Origin: Candidatus Saccharimonadales bacterium
GTDB taxonomy: Bacteria; Patescibacteriota; Saccharimonadia; Saccharimonadales; SZUA-47
DNA length: 64,000 bases
Direction: 5' to 3'
Assembly (NCBI GenBank): GCA_038211855.1
Contig: JBBQVE010000001.1
Coordinates: 95,309-159,308, forward strand
Part shown: positions 25,034-34,594 of the stretch, in pieces
Layout of the letters: the number at the start of each line of letters is the position of its first letter
Position numbering within the stretch: position 1 is the first letter of the stretch
Position numbers and translations under genes: made by a program
The notes under the pieces: model-generated
The model's database searches: none
The model's input: only the letters and a program-made list of their open reading frames with translations
Told to the model about the DNA's origin: nothing

Positions 25034-26017
25034 CTAGCGATCTAAAAGGACACGATTGTCTCTTAATTTTTTTAGTGCACTTTTCAAAGAAGCGCTAACT
25101 GCTTGTTGAGAGATACCCAGCTCTTCTGCAATTTCTCTAGAGCTATGCGTCTCTCCGGAAAGACCAAACTTATGAAGTACGATATGTCGCTGCCGCTCCG
25201 TCAGAATACTAAGAAAATGGATCAGTTTTTCCTTGTGTGCGACTCGCATGAAAGCTTCTTCAGGCCCGGTACCCGTAGAGGCAATTAAGTCACCATGGCT
25301 GGCGTTCCCATCAAAGCCAACTTTTTTGTCGAGTGAAGCCGGCGTACTGGCCCGATAAATACACAAAGTGTCGTGTGTCATCTTCGTTTCATCGCCGTTC
25401 ACATTTCTCACTTGTACATTTGCAGCGCTGTACCGGTCTGTGGGAACTTTTACGAGACTTCCTTTATTAATAGCTAAACCGATCCGTTGACGAATCCATC
25501 CAGTTGCATAAGATGAAAATTTTGTATCACGACGCCAATCAAATAAATCGATGGCGTGAACGAGGCCCGTCTTACCTTCTTGCATGTAATCTTCTTTTGT
25601 GAGGCCATTTTTCGGTGGATAGCGGTTTGCAATGCTGGCTACCAACCCTGTATTAGATCTTATAAAGCGATCCTTGGCACTATCTCCGGCTTCTATACTT
25701 AAAAGCTCACTCGCTGTCGGTCTATGATCTGGTCGGCTTAGTGCTGACGCACGTGCCAGACGGCCGACTTCGATTTGTTGCGCTAATCATTTTTCTGTCG
25801 CAGCATTTAAAAGCGGCAAATTATCACTACTTATCCGCTGCCGGCGAGCTTCTCGCTGCTCAAGCAAACTCAATTGCGGTAGACTCAGCTCGAGGGGTGC
25901 TGCTGTTTGTACATCCTGAAGTGCCACAAAACCTGCGCTCTCAAAAACATTTAGAGGATCAAGGTTTACTCCTGACTGAAATTCTTGTGTTTCTCGAAAG
26001 GCTTCAGTGTATTGCAT
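25034..26017 (-). CDS. Sigma-70-family RNA polymerase sigma factor interrupted by one in-frame TGA (25787..25789)
   Basis: Track ORFs 25787..26017 and 25034..25645 share a frame, and the 47 codons between them are open. The joined protein has regions 1.2 (PLLNAATEK*LAQQIEVG), 2 (NTGLVASIANRY...EGKTGLVHAIDLFD...YATGWIRQRI) and 4 (LTERQRHIV...REIAEELGISQQAVS). SD GGAGA precedes ATG 26017. Confidence 0.7.
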
Positions 26018-26048
26018 GTTCTCCGATGGCGTGTGCTAGACAATTAAA

Positions 26049-26597
26049 TTAAACTCGCTTGACTTGAAGGCCGTCGAGCTCAACCGGTGTCTCGCGGCCG
26101 AACATGTTGACGAGGACTTTGAGTTTGCCTTTAGCGGCATCGATTTCATTGATAGAGCCATCGAAGCCCTTGAACGGACCGTCGATGATATTGACCACTT
26201 CGCCGATGGCAAAGTCGATTTTGTGCTTTGGATCTTCACGACCCATGCGCTTCATGATCTTTTCCATCTCTTGGTCCTCAACAGGAGTTGGATCGGTTCC
26301 GGAGCCGACGAAACCAGTGACACTTGGGGTATTACGAACAATGTACCAGGCATCTTCACTCATCTTCATCTGGACCATGACATAGCCTTGGAAGATACGC
26401 TTTTCGACAACTTTACGTTTGCCGTTCTTGATTTCGATCATTTTCTCTTTTGGTACGAGTACCATAAAGATTTTGTCGCCCATGTCGAGTGAGTCAGCGC
26501 GTTGACGAATTGATTCAGCAACTTTTTCTTCATAGCCACTATATGTATGGATAGCGTACCAGTGTTTTTGTGAGTCGTAGCGTTTTGAAATATTCAT
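26049..26597 (-). CDS. nusG: Transcription termination/antitermination factor NusG
   Basis: WYAIHTYSGYEEKV at the N-terminus (NGN domain) and a KOW domain at the C-terminus. Confidence 0.95.
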   Translation of the reverse strand: MNISKRYDSQKHWYAIHTYSGYEEKVAESIRQRADSLDMGDKIFMVLVPKEKMIEIKNGKRKVVEKRIFQGYVMVQMKMSEDAWYIVRNTPSVTGFVGSGTDPTPVEDQEMEKIMKRMGREDPKHKIDFAIGEVVNIIDGPFKGFDGSINEIDAAKGKLKVLVNMFGRETPVELDGLQVKRV

Positions 26598-26609
26598 AAA
26601 TTGTAAATC

Positions 26610-27008
26610 CTACAGGAATGCTTTCTTAAATAGTTTATCGAGTCCGTAGTCAACGATGGCGATGACCGTACCAAAGGCGATTGAAAAGATAAAAACAGAA
26701 ACAACCAATTTCCAGGTCGACTTGCGGTCTGGCCAAGCCACTAATTTGAGTTCTTTGAAAGCGGCGCGGAAATAGCCAGGTGTCCAGCGGCGCTTCTTGG
26801 TCAGAAAACCTTTAAAGCCATCTTCCCGTGGTTGCACGACATAGTATTCTTTTTTGGCGATGTGTGATGCTGCCTTGAACGGCTTGCTGACAATACTTGC
26901 CGTACTGCTCAATCGGCGTTGTTTGCCAGCACGCGTGACCGCTTTGTCGGATTTTTCACGCATTGACTCCGGTTTAATGAGTCTTTTGCGTGACTTCTCT
27001 TCTGCCAT
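26610..27008 (-). CDS. secE: Preprotein translocase subunit SecE (long N-terminal basic extension)
   Basis: C-terminal ELKLVAWPDRKSTWKLVVSVFIFSIAFGTVIAIVD. Lies directly upstream of nusG. Confidence 0.85.
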   Translation of the reverse strand: MAEEKSRKRLIKPESMREKSDKAVTRAGKQRRLSSTASIVSKPFKAASHIAKKEYYVVQPREDGFKGFLTKKRRWTPGYFRAAFKELKLVAWPDRKSTWKLVVSVFIFSIAFGTVIAIVDYGLDKLFKKAFL

Positions 27009-27058
27009 CTTTCTAAAACTCCTTTAAAGGCCTGTCCAAATAAAAAACCTTCATACTT

Positions 27059-28654
27059 ATGAAGGTCGCTGATGTCAATATACCACAAAGTAGGTTGTTT
27101 GGGAAGAAGTCGTCATATACCCCTTATGGTATAGTTGATTCTATGATCTTTTCTGCGCTGCCATGGGTACTTTTTGCTGCGGCATGTCTGTTTGAGGCCT
27201 TCTTGATGTCGGTTCGCCTCTCACATGAAGCTCGGCAATGGGCTGGTGGGCTACTATTGCTACTTCTTACTATCTCACTCGGTGCACTCGTCATACAGGA
27301 GCCGCTGCTGTTCGGTGTTCCCTTCTTGATTATTGGCTGCTACCGGATTCTGAATTGTATGCGCTTTATTTATGGACGCATGCACGAAGAATACTTATAC
27401 CGAGTGGTACCCCGTTCTAGTCTTTATTTGGTCAGTACTCAGCTGACTGTTGGTGGTCTCGGACTTTTGTTGGCGCGTAATCACCTACCTTTAAATGGTG
27501 TGCTCCTGAGTGTAGCAGTCGTTCAGCTTATAGCTGCTGCCACGTTGCTCCTTTCACTGCGTGTCAATCTTAAAAAAAGCCAGCTAACAGCAGCCGAAGC
27601 AGTACCAGACAAGAAGTTGCCGAGTGTCAGCATCCTGATTCCGGCTCGTAACGAAACCGCTGATCTTGAAGCCTGCTTAAAGACTTTAACTGCTTCGACC
27701 TATCAAAAGCTGGAGATTTTGGTGTTAGATGATTGCTCGCAAGACAGAACGCCCGAACTTATTAAACAGTTTGCCCATGACGGCGTGCGCTTTATCCGCG
27801 GTAGTGAACCTGGTGAAGTCTGGCTGCCAAAAAACGCCGCCTACAATAAGTTGGCCCATGAAGCATCAGGTGAGTTCCTTCTGTTTTGTGGAGTTGACGT
27901 CCGCTTTATGCCGAATGATATAAAAACATTGGTCAGTTACGCCTTGGAACAACGACTCACTATGGTGAGCGTGTTGCCGGCTCGATCTGCACAGGGTACC
28001 GGAAACAGTCTTGCGCAGCAGGTACGCTATCTTTGGGAACTGGCTTTGCCGCGCTTTGTCAGCAATCGTCCACCGGTGTTAAGTACCTTGTGGCTGATCC
28101 AAGCGACCGCGCTCAAAAAATATGGTGGTATGGCTGCAGTGCGACGTAACGTTGTGCCGGAAGGTTTCTTTGCGCGCGAACTCGATAAGAAGAATATGTA
28201 CCGCTTTTTGCGCTCCGGCGAGGCGCTCGGCATAGTTAGCACCAAGTTACCGAGCGAACAGCGTTACACAGCTCTACGCGTGCGCTACCCGCAACTACAT
28301 CGTCGTCCAGAGGTAGTGATGGTGGTGGCGTTATTCGAATTGGTCACGATTATCGGTCCGTTTTTTCTGGCCGGTTACGCGTTGTACTACAGTCACTGGA
28401 CTGTAGTTGTGATTGCCCTCGCTGCGTCTGTCACGCATCTGCTGGTGCTGGTAGAGATGTCGCGAGTCATGGGTCACCGCTCCGCATTGGCTGCGCTCAA
28501 TGGTATTTTTGCCGTTTTCTTGGATATATGGCTCGTTAATCGCTCAATGTATTTGTATGAGTTTGGCGCTGTGCACTGGAAAGAACGAAATGTTTGTTTG
28601 CCGGTGATGCACGCCATGCCGAGCCAACCGCAGTTGCCGCGTGCCAAACACTAA
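27059..28654 (+). CDS. Membrane-embedded family-2 glycosyltransferase
   Basis: N- and C-terminal TM bundles flank a GT-A domain (SILIPARNE...LVLDDCSQDRT). Confidence 0.8.
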   Translation: MKVADVNIPQSRLFGKKSSYTPYGIVDSMIFSALPWVLFAAACLFEAFLMSVRLSHEARQWAGGLLLLLLTISLGALVIQEPLLFGVPFLIIGCYRILNCMRFIYGRMHEEYLYRVVPRSSLYLVSTQLTVGGLGLLLARNHLPLNGVLLSVAVVQLIAAATLLLSLRVNLKKSQLTAAEAVPDKKLPSVSILIPARNETADLEACLKTLTASTYQKLEILVLDDCSQDRTPELIKQFAHDGVRFIRGSEPGEVWLPKNAAYNKLAHEASGEFLLFCGVDVRFMPNDIKTLVSYALEQRLTMVSVLPARSAQGTGNSLAQQVRYLWELALPRFVSNRPPVLSTLWLIQATALKKYGGMAAVRRNVVPEGFFARELDKKNMYRFLRSGEALGIVSTKLPSEQRYTALRVRYPQLHRRPEVVMVVALFELVTIIGPFFLAGYALYYSHWTVVVIALAASVTHLLVLVEMSRVMGHRSALAALNGIFAVFLDIWLVNRSMYLYEFGAVHWKERNVCLPVMHAMPSQPQLPRAKH

Positions 28655-28657
28655 TAC

Positions 28658-29770
28658 TTATGATTGTAAATTTGGAATCGTAATGAAAAAAGTTGAGCCC
28701 TGATTCAGCTCACTTTCGACGTTCACGTCGGCATGAACAAGGCGCGCCAATTTCATGGTCACATAGAGGCCAAGACCGGTGCCGCTGTTTTGGCGGGTTC
28801 GATAATCTTCACTCCGAAAAAATTTATCCCACACCCTTTCCTGGTCGCTCTTCGTCATGCCGATACCTGTATCTGACACGGCGAATTCAACCCCATTTTT
28901 TGCTGGCTTTGCACTAATCGACACTGTACCTTTATCAGTGTATTTGATGGCGTTGGTAATAAAGTTCTGTAAGATTTCTCGAACATATAGTTTGCTTGAA
29001 TATAACAATTCAAGTGAGGGATTTATTGTTATATTGAGCTTGAGATTTTTTCGTTCTGCTTGCGGCATATAATTCGATTCGAGACCGCTGACGAGTTCGT
29101 GGACGTTAATCGGTTCGACCTCGATTTTCAGGACCCCACGCTCGGCTCGTGAGAGGGTACTCAAGTCATTAATCATATCTGCCAAAAACAATACTTGGTC
29201 ATGGGCCTGTTTGAGCGCCTTGTTGACAGCCGAGAGGTCGCCGCTTTTTTCTACCATATATTGAGCATTACCAATGTTACCTTCAGCAATGGCAATCGGA
29301 GTACGCAGTTCATGGCTGACGACACTGATAAACTCATCGCGCTCTTCTTCAAGCGATTTCTCACGTGTAATATCACGCAGTAACACTACGAAACCGGCAT
29401 TTCCGGCATGACCATAGCCAAGTTTGACAGGAGCCACACTTAGGTAAACGTTAATCATACTGCCATCAGCGTATGGCATGCGCAGATCACGATTCGTTAG
29501 TTGCGTTTTTACCCCTGTCACCAGATGTTTTGTATCGATTTTCTGCCCATTTTTGTCGACGAGTTTTAGGATTGAGTCTATGCGCGCGCCAGTCATGGTG
29601 CTGTTTAGATCAAGAATATTAAGGGCTGCGCCGTTATACAGCACAACTTTACCCTCGTCACTAAGAGCAATCACCCCATCGGCCATGCTGTTGATCAAAC
29701 TACTGAGGCGTTCGTGTTCTAGGGCGGCCAATGTGGCGGCGGTTAATTTTTTGGGTTTGCTCATTGCCAT
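28658..29770 (-). CDS. Cytoplasmic PAS-domain sensor histidine kinase (orphan)
   Basis: H-box FISVVSHELRTPI and HATPase N/G boxes (NAIKYT, DTGIGM, GTGLGL). No TM segment and no adjacent response regulator. Confidence 0.9.
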   Translation of the reverse strand: MAMSKPKKLTAATLAALEHERLSSLINSMADGVIALSDEGKVVLYNGAALNILDLNSTMTGARIDSILKLVDKNGQKIDTKHLVTGVKTQLTNRDLRMPYADGSMINVYLSVAPVKLGYGHAGNAGFVVLLRDITREKSLEEERDEFISVVSHELRTPIAIAEGNIGNAQYMVEKSGDLSAVNKALKQAHDQVLFLADMINDLSTLSRAERGVLKIEVEPINVHELVSGLESNYMPQAERKNLKLNITINPSLELLYSSKLYVREILQNFITNAIKYTDKGTVSISAKPAKNGVEFAVSDTGIGMTKSDQERVWDKFFRSEDYRTRQNSGTGLGLYVTMKLARLVHADVNVESELNQGSTFFITIPNLQS

Positions 29771-29781
29771 AACCGTTATTA

Positions 29782-30495
29782 TTACATAAAACGTTCGGCA
29801 TCACGTGCATCAAATACGGCCGTCGGGTATTTTTTGAGTGCGACGCGCCGTGCTTTGTAGCTTGGTACCATTTGTTCGACGTTGGCCCAGAACTGCGCGC
29901 CGTGGTTGTGATGGTGCAGGTGGGCGAGTTCATGGAGCAGCACGTAGTCGATTAACGGCCATGGCAACTGCATCAGGTAACTATTGAGAATTATATCGCC
30001 ACGACTTGAACAACTCCCCCAGCGGCTCTGGAGGGGTTTGATAACCACGCTTCTCACCTCGTAGCCATGGGTTTTGGCGTAGTGCATCAGTTGTTGGGGC
30101 AGAAGTGATTCTGCCTCCTTTTTTAGGACGCGACGGGCTGCATCAGCCACTTTTTTTTGCACGGTATCAACATCCATGTCTTCTGGAATACCAACCGATA
30201 CCGTATCGCTGCTTATGAGTACCGTCGTTTTTATATTTGTCGTTGGAGTGATGATGAGACGATGCGCTTTACCGATACGAGCACCACTGTCCAGATACGT
30301 TTCCTCGGTTTGATGCTTATCGAGCCAGACCTGTTTTTGCTGCAAAAATTTGACTCCTTCCTTCAGAGAAACGCGGTATGGAATCGACAATCTGACCTCC
30401 CCATTCTGGGTCACACTAATACGCATCGTCCTCGAACCACGGCGACGAGAAACTCGCACTTTACCGATGCCTGCAACTTCTACAAATTCAATCAC
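29782..30495 (-). CDS. YgjP/DUF45-type (M48-like) metal-dependent hydrolase
   Basis: WGSCSSRGDIILN...HELAHLHHHNHGAQFW. Confidence 0.8.
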   Translation of the reverse strand: MIEFVEVAGIGKVRVSRRRGSRTMRISVTQNGEVRLSIPYRVSLKEGVKFLQQKQVWLDKHQTEETYLDSGARIGKAHRLIITPTTNIKTTVLISSDTVSVGIPEDMDVDTVQKKVADAARRVLKKEAESLLPQQLMHYAKTHGYEVRSVVIKPLQSRWGSCSSRGDIILNSYLMQLPWPLIDYVLLHELAHLHHHNHGAQFWANVEQMVPSYKARRVALKKYPTAVFDARDAERFM

Positions 30496-31166
30496 TATCT
30501 AATTATAACGTTGCGACGCGCCATATCGACCCTGCCACCGGGAACAAGATTAACGAGGCCGGGTTTGACAACATTTAACTGCGTGGTGGCGTTAGATATC
30601 AAGCCGAGTTCGCTGAGACGCTTAAAGACGGCACTTTTTTGGCTTGGGAAGGTATGTTTGCCAGACAGCACTATGAAATCTTCATTATTCGGATTCTGCA
30701 TGTAGCCTAGCATTTTAGAATATTCTTGCTCGTTATATTCGCGGGCGTATTTGTCCTCAGTTCGGCGTTTATCACGCTTATCGAGCCTTGCAAAAGAGGA
30801 ATCAGCATCAATCTGAAACCAAACCAACAGTGCTAGGGCATTTTTTTTGCGCGCCATGTCGCGGACGGCCATGCGCTGACTGACGCGGATGACGCTGTCG
30901 TCGTAAATCACGCTGACGCCAGCGTTCAAGAACTCTTCGGCCATGTAGTTCATAAGCTGCGTAACAATAGTATTTTCCTGCTTGTCATAGCGAGGTTCCG
31001 TAAAAAGTTCACTACGGATACGATCACCCTGAATATGTGCAACTTGCAAGTGTTCAGCCAATTGTCGTGCGAAGTAGCTTTTGCCGGAACCCGGAAAGCC
31101 ATAGAGCATAATCAAGATTGGTTTTGCAGGGGTAGCTTTTGCCATGTTGATTGTATTGTATATCAA
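30495..31166 (-). CDS. P-loop kinase-like ATPase (AAA_33/zeta-toxin-like fold)
   Basis: Walker A GFPGSGKS near the N-terminus. Confidence 0.6.
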   Translation of the reverse strand: MIYNTINMAKATPAKPILIMLYGFPGSGKSYFARQLAEHLQVAHIQGDRIRSELFTEPRYDKQENTIVTQLMNYMAEEFLNAGVSVIYDDSVIRVSQRMAVRDMARKKNALALLVWFQIDADSSFARLDKRDKRRTEDKYAREYNEQEYSKMLGYMQNPNNEDFIVLSGKHTFPSQKSAVFKRLSELGLISNATTQLNVVKPGLVNLVPGGRVDMARRNVIIR

Positions 31167-31444
31167 ATGCTATCAGTTTGTGAACAGAGGCGACGATTTG
31201 TAGCGCGATCCGGGCGGCAATAATTGTTCCACCAAGATTCGTAGGTGCGTTTACTTCGTTAGCAATTCCTGCGATATATCTGTCAACGATCAGTGGATGC
31301 AAACCGAGGGTATTCGATGCGGCGTAACCGACTAACTGGCCGAGATCATCTATGCCTTCAGGCGCTTCAATTGGAGGCTCGAATTCCAATCGAACACCTA
31401 GATGAAGTCACACTTTCATATATCATAAATAAAACTATACAATC

Positions 31445-32704
31445 TTATACGTGCTTGTGCACTGCGGCATGGGACCCAGCGACAAAACCGGTTGACCAAC
31501 AAAGCTGAAGCGAATAGCCACCGGATGGACGATTGACGTGCAGGAGGTCCCCTGTGACAAACAGATTCAGAATCTTTTTGGAGCGCATGGTCTTGAGGTC
31601 AATCTCTGTCAGAGGCACGCCGCCGTCAGCCACAACCGCCCTGTCAAACCCCATAAGGCCTTCTATCGTCATCGGTAGGGCTTTAAGTAACTGAACGATG
31701 CATTTACGGTCATTTTTGCTGACGGAATGCACCTTCGTTTCGATGTCCAAGTGATCTGTTAAAAGTAGAGCAATTCCCTTCTGTATGCCAGCAGGCAGAA
31801 ACTCACGCAGCACGTTTTTTAGCGTTTTGTTTTTGCTCGCTTCAAAGACGGTAAGGATTTTCTGCTCAAGTGAGCCAAGATCAGTATCCGGAAAAGCATC
31901 AAGCGTTGCAGTCACGCTGCCGCTATAGAGTAAATCAGCGACTTTGTGGGCGCTGTTTAGAATGAGCGGTCCAGATATACCGAAATGTGTAAACAGTAAG
32001 CCGCCATCAATGCGGAATTGTTTTTTGCCTTCAACATAAAAAGTCAGCCGCATATTTTCGAGCGATATACCTGACAATTCTTTGACCCATGCGTCGTTCA
32101 CTGCCAGCGGCACTATTGTGGGGGTAGGTTTGGCGACTGTGTGGCCGAGCTGTCGTAGCCACTCAAGGCCATCTCCCGTGGAGCCAGTTTCGGGGTGGCT
32201 GATGCCTCCAGTCGCCAATACGTATTCTTTGGCCGTAAATCTCTCTCCTTTGCACTCTACTGAAGTTATTAGGCCTTCTTCGACATTCACTTTTGTGACG
32301 GGTGTACTGAGGCGAACGGTTGCACCACCAGCCCGCACGAATTTTTCGAGTACCGACACGACGTCTTCAGCTTTTTGGGCTTTCGGAAAGGCGCGTTTAC
32401 GAGCCTCAACTATTAGCGGTAGGTTTCGGCCTTCAAAAAATCGAAAAGTGCCATTTACACCAAACTGTGCAAATAAAGAGTATAAAAACTGCTCCGATTC
32501 ACCGTACATTTTAAGGAGTAAACGTTCGTTTTCTTCGGCATTCGTAATATTGCAACGGCCGCCACCAGAAATGCGCAGTTTTTCACCAAGTTTCTTGTTT
32601 TTTTCGAGCAATAGTACCTTGAGCCCGCGTTCAGCAGCACGGCCAGCGGCCATCATCCCGGAAGCCCCGCCACCCACTACAATCAAATCAAACTCAGGAT
32701 TCAT
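31445..32704 (-). CDS. HI0933/YhiN (BaiN-like) family FAD-dependent oxidoreductase
   Basis: DLIVVGGGASGMMAAGRAAE, SGGGRCNITN, and the C-terminal GYSLQLCWSTG. Confidence 0.85.
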   Translation of the reverse strand: MNPEFDLIVVGGGASGMMAAGRAAERGLKVLLLEKNKKLGEKLRISGGGRCNITNAEENERLLLKMYGESEQFLYSLFAQFGVNGTFRFFEGRNLPLIVEARKRAFPKAQKAEDVVSVLEKFVRAGGATVRLSTPVTKVNVEEGLITSVECKGERFTAKEYVLATGGISHPETGSTGDGLEWLRQLGHTVAKPTPTIVPLAVNDAWVKELSGISLENMRLTFYVEGKKQFRIDGGLLFTHFGISGPLILNSAHKVADLLYSGSVTATLDAFPDTDLGSLEQKILTVFEASKNKTLKNVLREFLPAGIQKGIALLLTDHLDIETKVHSVSKNDRKCIVQLLKALPMTIEGLMGFDRAVVADGGVPLTEIDLKTMRSKKILNLFVTGDLLHVNRPSGGYSLQLCWSTGFVAGSHAAVHKHV

Positions 32705-32716
32705 ACCCGTAGTTTA

Positions 32717-33244
32717 CTAGAGTTCACTCTTAATAGCGGTAACGACTTTGCTGACAGGCATTGAGGTGGTGTCCAAAAAGTGAACATCTTTCGGGAATTT
32801 TTCTATATCAAACATGGCGTGATTAACGCGGACTTTCTCGTCACTCAGTCTTGCTGTGCCGGTTCGTTCATTATTGCGTCCAACTGCCGTCGCGACATCA
32901 GGCAGCAGTATAAAGCTCACATAATCCAGTCCCTTGAGTTCACTTTTCCAGTGGGTGAAGTCTGTCGGGTCTGCATAAAAGTCCAAGATACAGTTCATGC
33001 CAAACTCGTTATAGCGTCGAATCATATCGCAACAGATAGGGATCGAGACTGCCATTTGATTTTTGAGACTGGCTGACCATGTGTCAACCATGCCATTAGC
33101 TGATTCATAGCCTGTCTTCACTAGGTCGCGGACGTCGTCCTGTGACACAAGAGCCCAAACGCCTTTCATCTCTTTCATGAGTGCTTTGGATGTTGTTGAC
33201 TTCCCCGCTCCTGAAGGTCCGTTGATAAGAATTATTTTTGCCAT
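32717..33244 (-). CDS. P-loop NTPase/kinase-like protein
   Basis: Walker A NGPSGAGKST; 175 aa. Confidence 0.6.
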   Translation of the reverse strand: MAKIILINGPSGAGKSTTSKALMKEMKGVWALVSQDDVRDLVKTGYESANGMVDTWSASLKNQMAVSIPICCDMIRRYNEFGMNCILDFYADPTDFTHWKSELKGLDYVSFILLPDVATAVGRNNERTGTARLSDEKVRVNHAMFDIEKFPKDVHFLDTTSMPVSKVVTAIKSEL

Positions 33245-33322
33245 GTCTGTATGATATCAAAAGCTCTCAAGGTATACTGATATCTGCCTTATATATCCAC
33301 AAGGAAATATAAATGAGAACGT

Positions 33323-33398
33323 AGGGGCGTAGCTCAGCTGGTAGAGTACCGGTCTCCAAAACCGATGGTCGCAGGTTCGATCCCTGTCGCCCCTGCCA
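33323..33398 (+). tRNA. tRNA-Trp (CCA)
   Basis: AGGGGCG acceptor, anticodon loop CTCCAAA, T arm GCAGG-TTCGATC-CCTGT, encoded CCA. Confidence 0.95.
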
Positions 33399-33492
33399 TA
33401 AGCATTTTGACCTCTGTAAAGAAAGAGCATATTTTATTGTTACTGTAAGCGGCGAATCGTAAAATATAAAAAAGCTTGTATAGTACGTATAA

Positions 33493-34149
33493 ATGGGACG
33501 TAATAAATCTAAGTCCTCAAGGTATTCCGACCTGTTAAAGCATGCCGAAAGATGGGCGCAGCAATTTAACGATGGACTACTGAGCGTTCCCGACGACGTG
33601 GGTGACGCGCATATCGTGTACTCCATTTTTAACGGTGATGATAAAGCGATTCTACGACGACATGTTGATTCGCTGGCCAATAAATGGCGACTACAAAGAG
33701 GCGGTTCGGCAGTAATACAAATAACATGTAATCCGAGTATCGATGACCTAAAAACTATTGTTCAGGACCACACAGTATCTACATTGGCTTTTGTGGGCCA
33801 TGGATCACTTGGTGCATGGTGGCGATACGATGCAAAAGTACACTCAGCCATTTCTTGGTATGATTTTGCGACTATGTCGACGCATCTCAAACAAGGTACT
33901 GTCGAACAGAGAACGTGTGCTTCTTCCGCCGACTCAAAGACTGTACGTCTTCCGGTCGGTACATTCATGGTGTCGGACCAAAGAAATGTGATAGCACCAG
34001 TTGGATACGCCCTAGGCGGTTGTGCTGGTTCTGATGAGTTTGAAGATGTACTGCGCCCCGTCTTTGTAAACGAAGTTAATACGCCCTCAGATCTCATATC
34101 TCAAGTTCATGATAGAGTCCGTTTAGTTCAGCATCTAGGAGCTGAATAG
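33493..34149 (+). CDS. Hypothetical protein (218 aa), cassette 1
   Basis: ORF only; contains an FVGHGSLG motif of unknown meaning. Confidence 0.5.
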   Translation: MGRNKSKSSRYSDLLKHAERWAQQFNDGLLSVPDDVGDAHIVYSIFNGDDKAILRRHVDSLANKWRLQRGGSAVIQITCNPSIDDLKTIVQDHTVSTLAFVGHGSLGAWWRYDAKVHSAISWYDFATMSTHLKQGTVEQRTCASSADSKTVRLPVGTFMVSDQRNVIAPVGYALGGCAGSDEFEDVLRPVFVNEVNTPSDLISQVHDRVRLVQHLGAE

Positions 34150-34158
34150 ACTCCTCGC

Positions 34159-34192
34159 AAAAGTTCGAAGAGCGTCCGCTAGGGGCTGCCAA
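34159..34192 (+). repeat. Cassette-end repeat, copy 1 (AAAAGTTCGAAGAGCGTCCGCTAGGGGCTGCCAA)
   Basis: One of four near-identical copies, starting 9 nt after the stop codon. Confidence 0.9.
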
Positions 34193-34199
34193 GCATAAG

Positions 34200-34225
34200 C
34201 ACTTTGCGAAAGCAAAGTGTTTTTG
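34200..34225 (+). terminator. Terminator hairpin
   Basis: CACTTTGC-GAAA-GCAAAGTG followed by TTTTTG. Confidence 0.75.
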
Positions 34226-34242
34226 TTTGCTATTATTAAGTT

Positions 34243-34476
34243 ATGGAAAAGACTCAAATAGCACAAATTGCTTTAGAAAAATTGCAATTTATTAGTATCG
34301 AGGAAGCCGAAAGAAACTTAGTGCTCGTTGAAGGGGTCGGCTACAGTTGTTATAATCCCGAACTTAGAGGTACTTCAGGAATCTTTGGATTTGATGGTGG
34401 ATTTCTTATGTATGGCGGAATGAATGCAACGACAGAAGATGCGATTGAATCATACAAACAAGGCCGTCGTTCGTAG
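34243..34476 (+). CDS. Hypothetical protein (77 aa), cassette 2
   Basis: TGcTATTAT lies 6 nt before the ATG, implying a leaderless transcript. Confidence 0.5.
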   Translation: MEKTQIAQIALEKLQFISIEEAERNLVLVEGVGYSCYNPELRGTSGIFGFDGGFLMYGGMNATTEDAIESYKQGRRS

Positions 34477-34479
34477 CTC

Positions 34480-34513
34480 AAAAGTTCGAAGAGCGTCCAC
34501 TAGGGGCTGCCAA
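34480..34513 (+). repeat. Cassette-end repeat, copy 2
   Basis: AAAAGTTCGAAGAGCGTCCACTAGGGGCTGCCAA, starting 3 nt after the stop codon. Confidence 0.9.
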
Positions 34514-34531
34514 TCCGCTTATGCTTAAAAT

Positions 34532-34555
34532 GACTCTGTAAAAGGAGTCTTTTTT
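34532..34555 (+). terminator. Terminator hairpin
   Basis: GACTC-TGTAAAAG-GAGTC followed by TTTTTT. Confidence 0.65.
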
Positions 34556-34594
34556 ACTTCAGTCGAATAACCCCAAAAATGGTATAATTAGGGT

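Noticed and set aside
25787-25789. Genome-wide UGA reassignment (code 25, UGA=Gly, as in Gracilibacteria/Absconditabacteria) as the explanation for the in-frame UGA in the sigma gene
   Set aside because: UGA clearly terminates other genes here: dcd at 20519..20521, the leuA-like gene at 14133..14135, and GT4 at 42346..42348. All other long genes are uninterrupted under the standard code.
31054-31389. 111-aa minus-strand ORF between the flavoprotein and the P-loop kinase, with a faintly ATP-grasp-like ...IANEVNAPTNLGG stretch
   Set aside because: Its last 112 nt overlap the kinase gene, including the P-loop, in another frame. It may be a gene remnant, but I cannot support a call.
33267-33680. 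137-aa minus-strand ORF
   Set aside because: It runs straight through tRNA-Trp (33323..33398), so it is a spurious shadow ORF. The same reasoning applies to 46444..46713, which covers tRNA-Thr and tRNA-Tyr.
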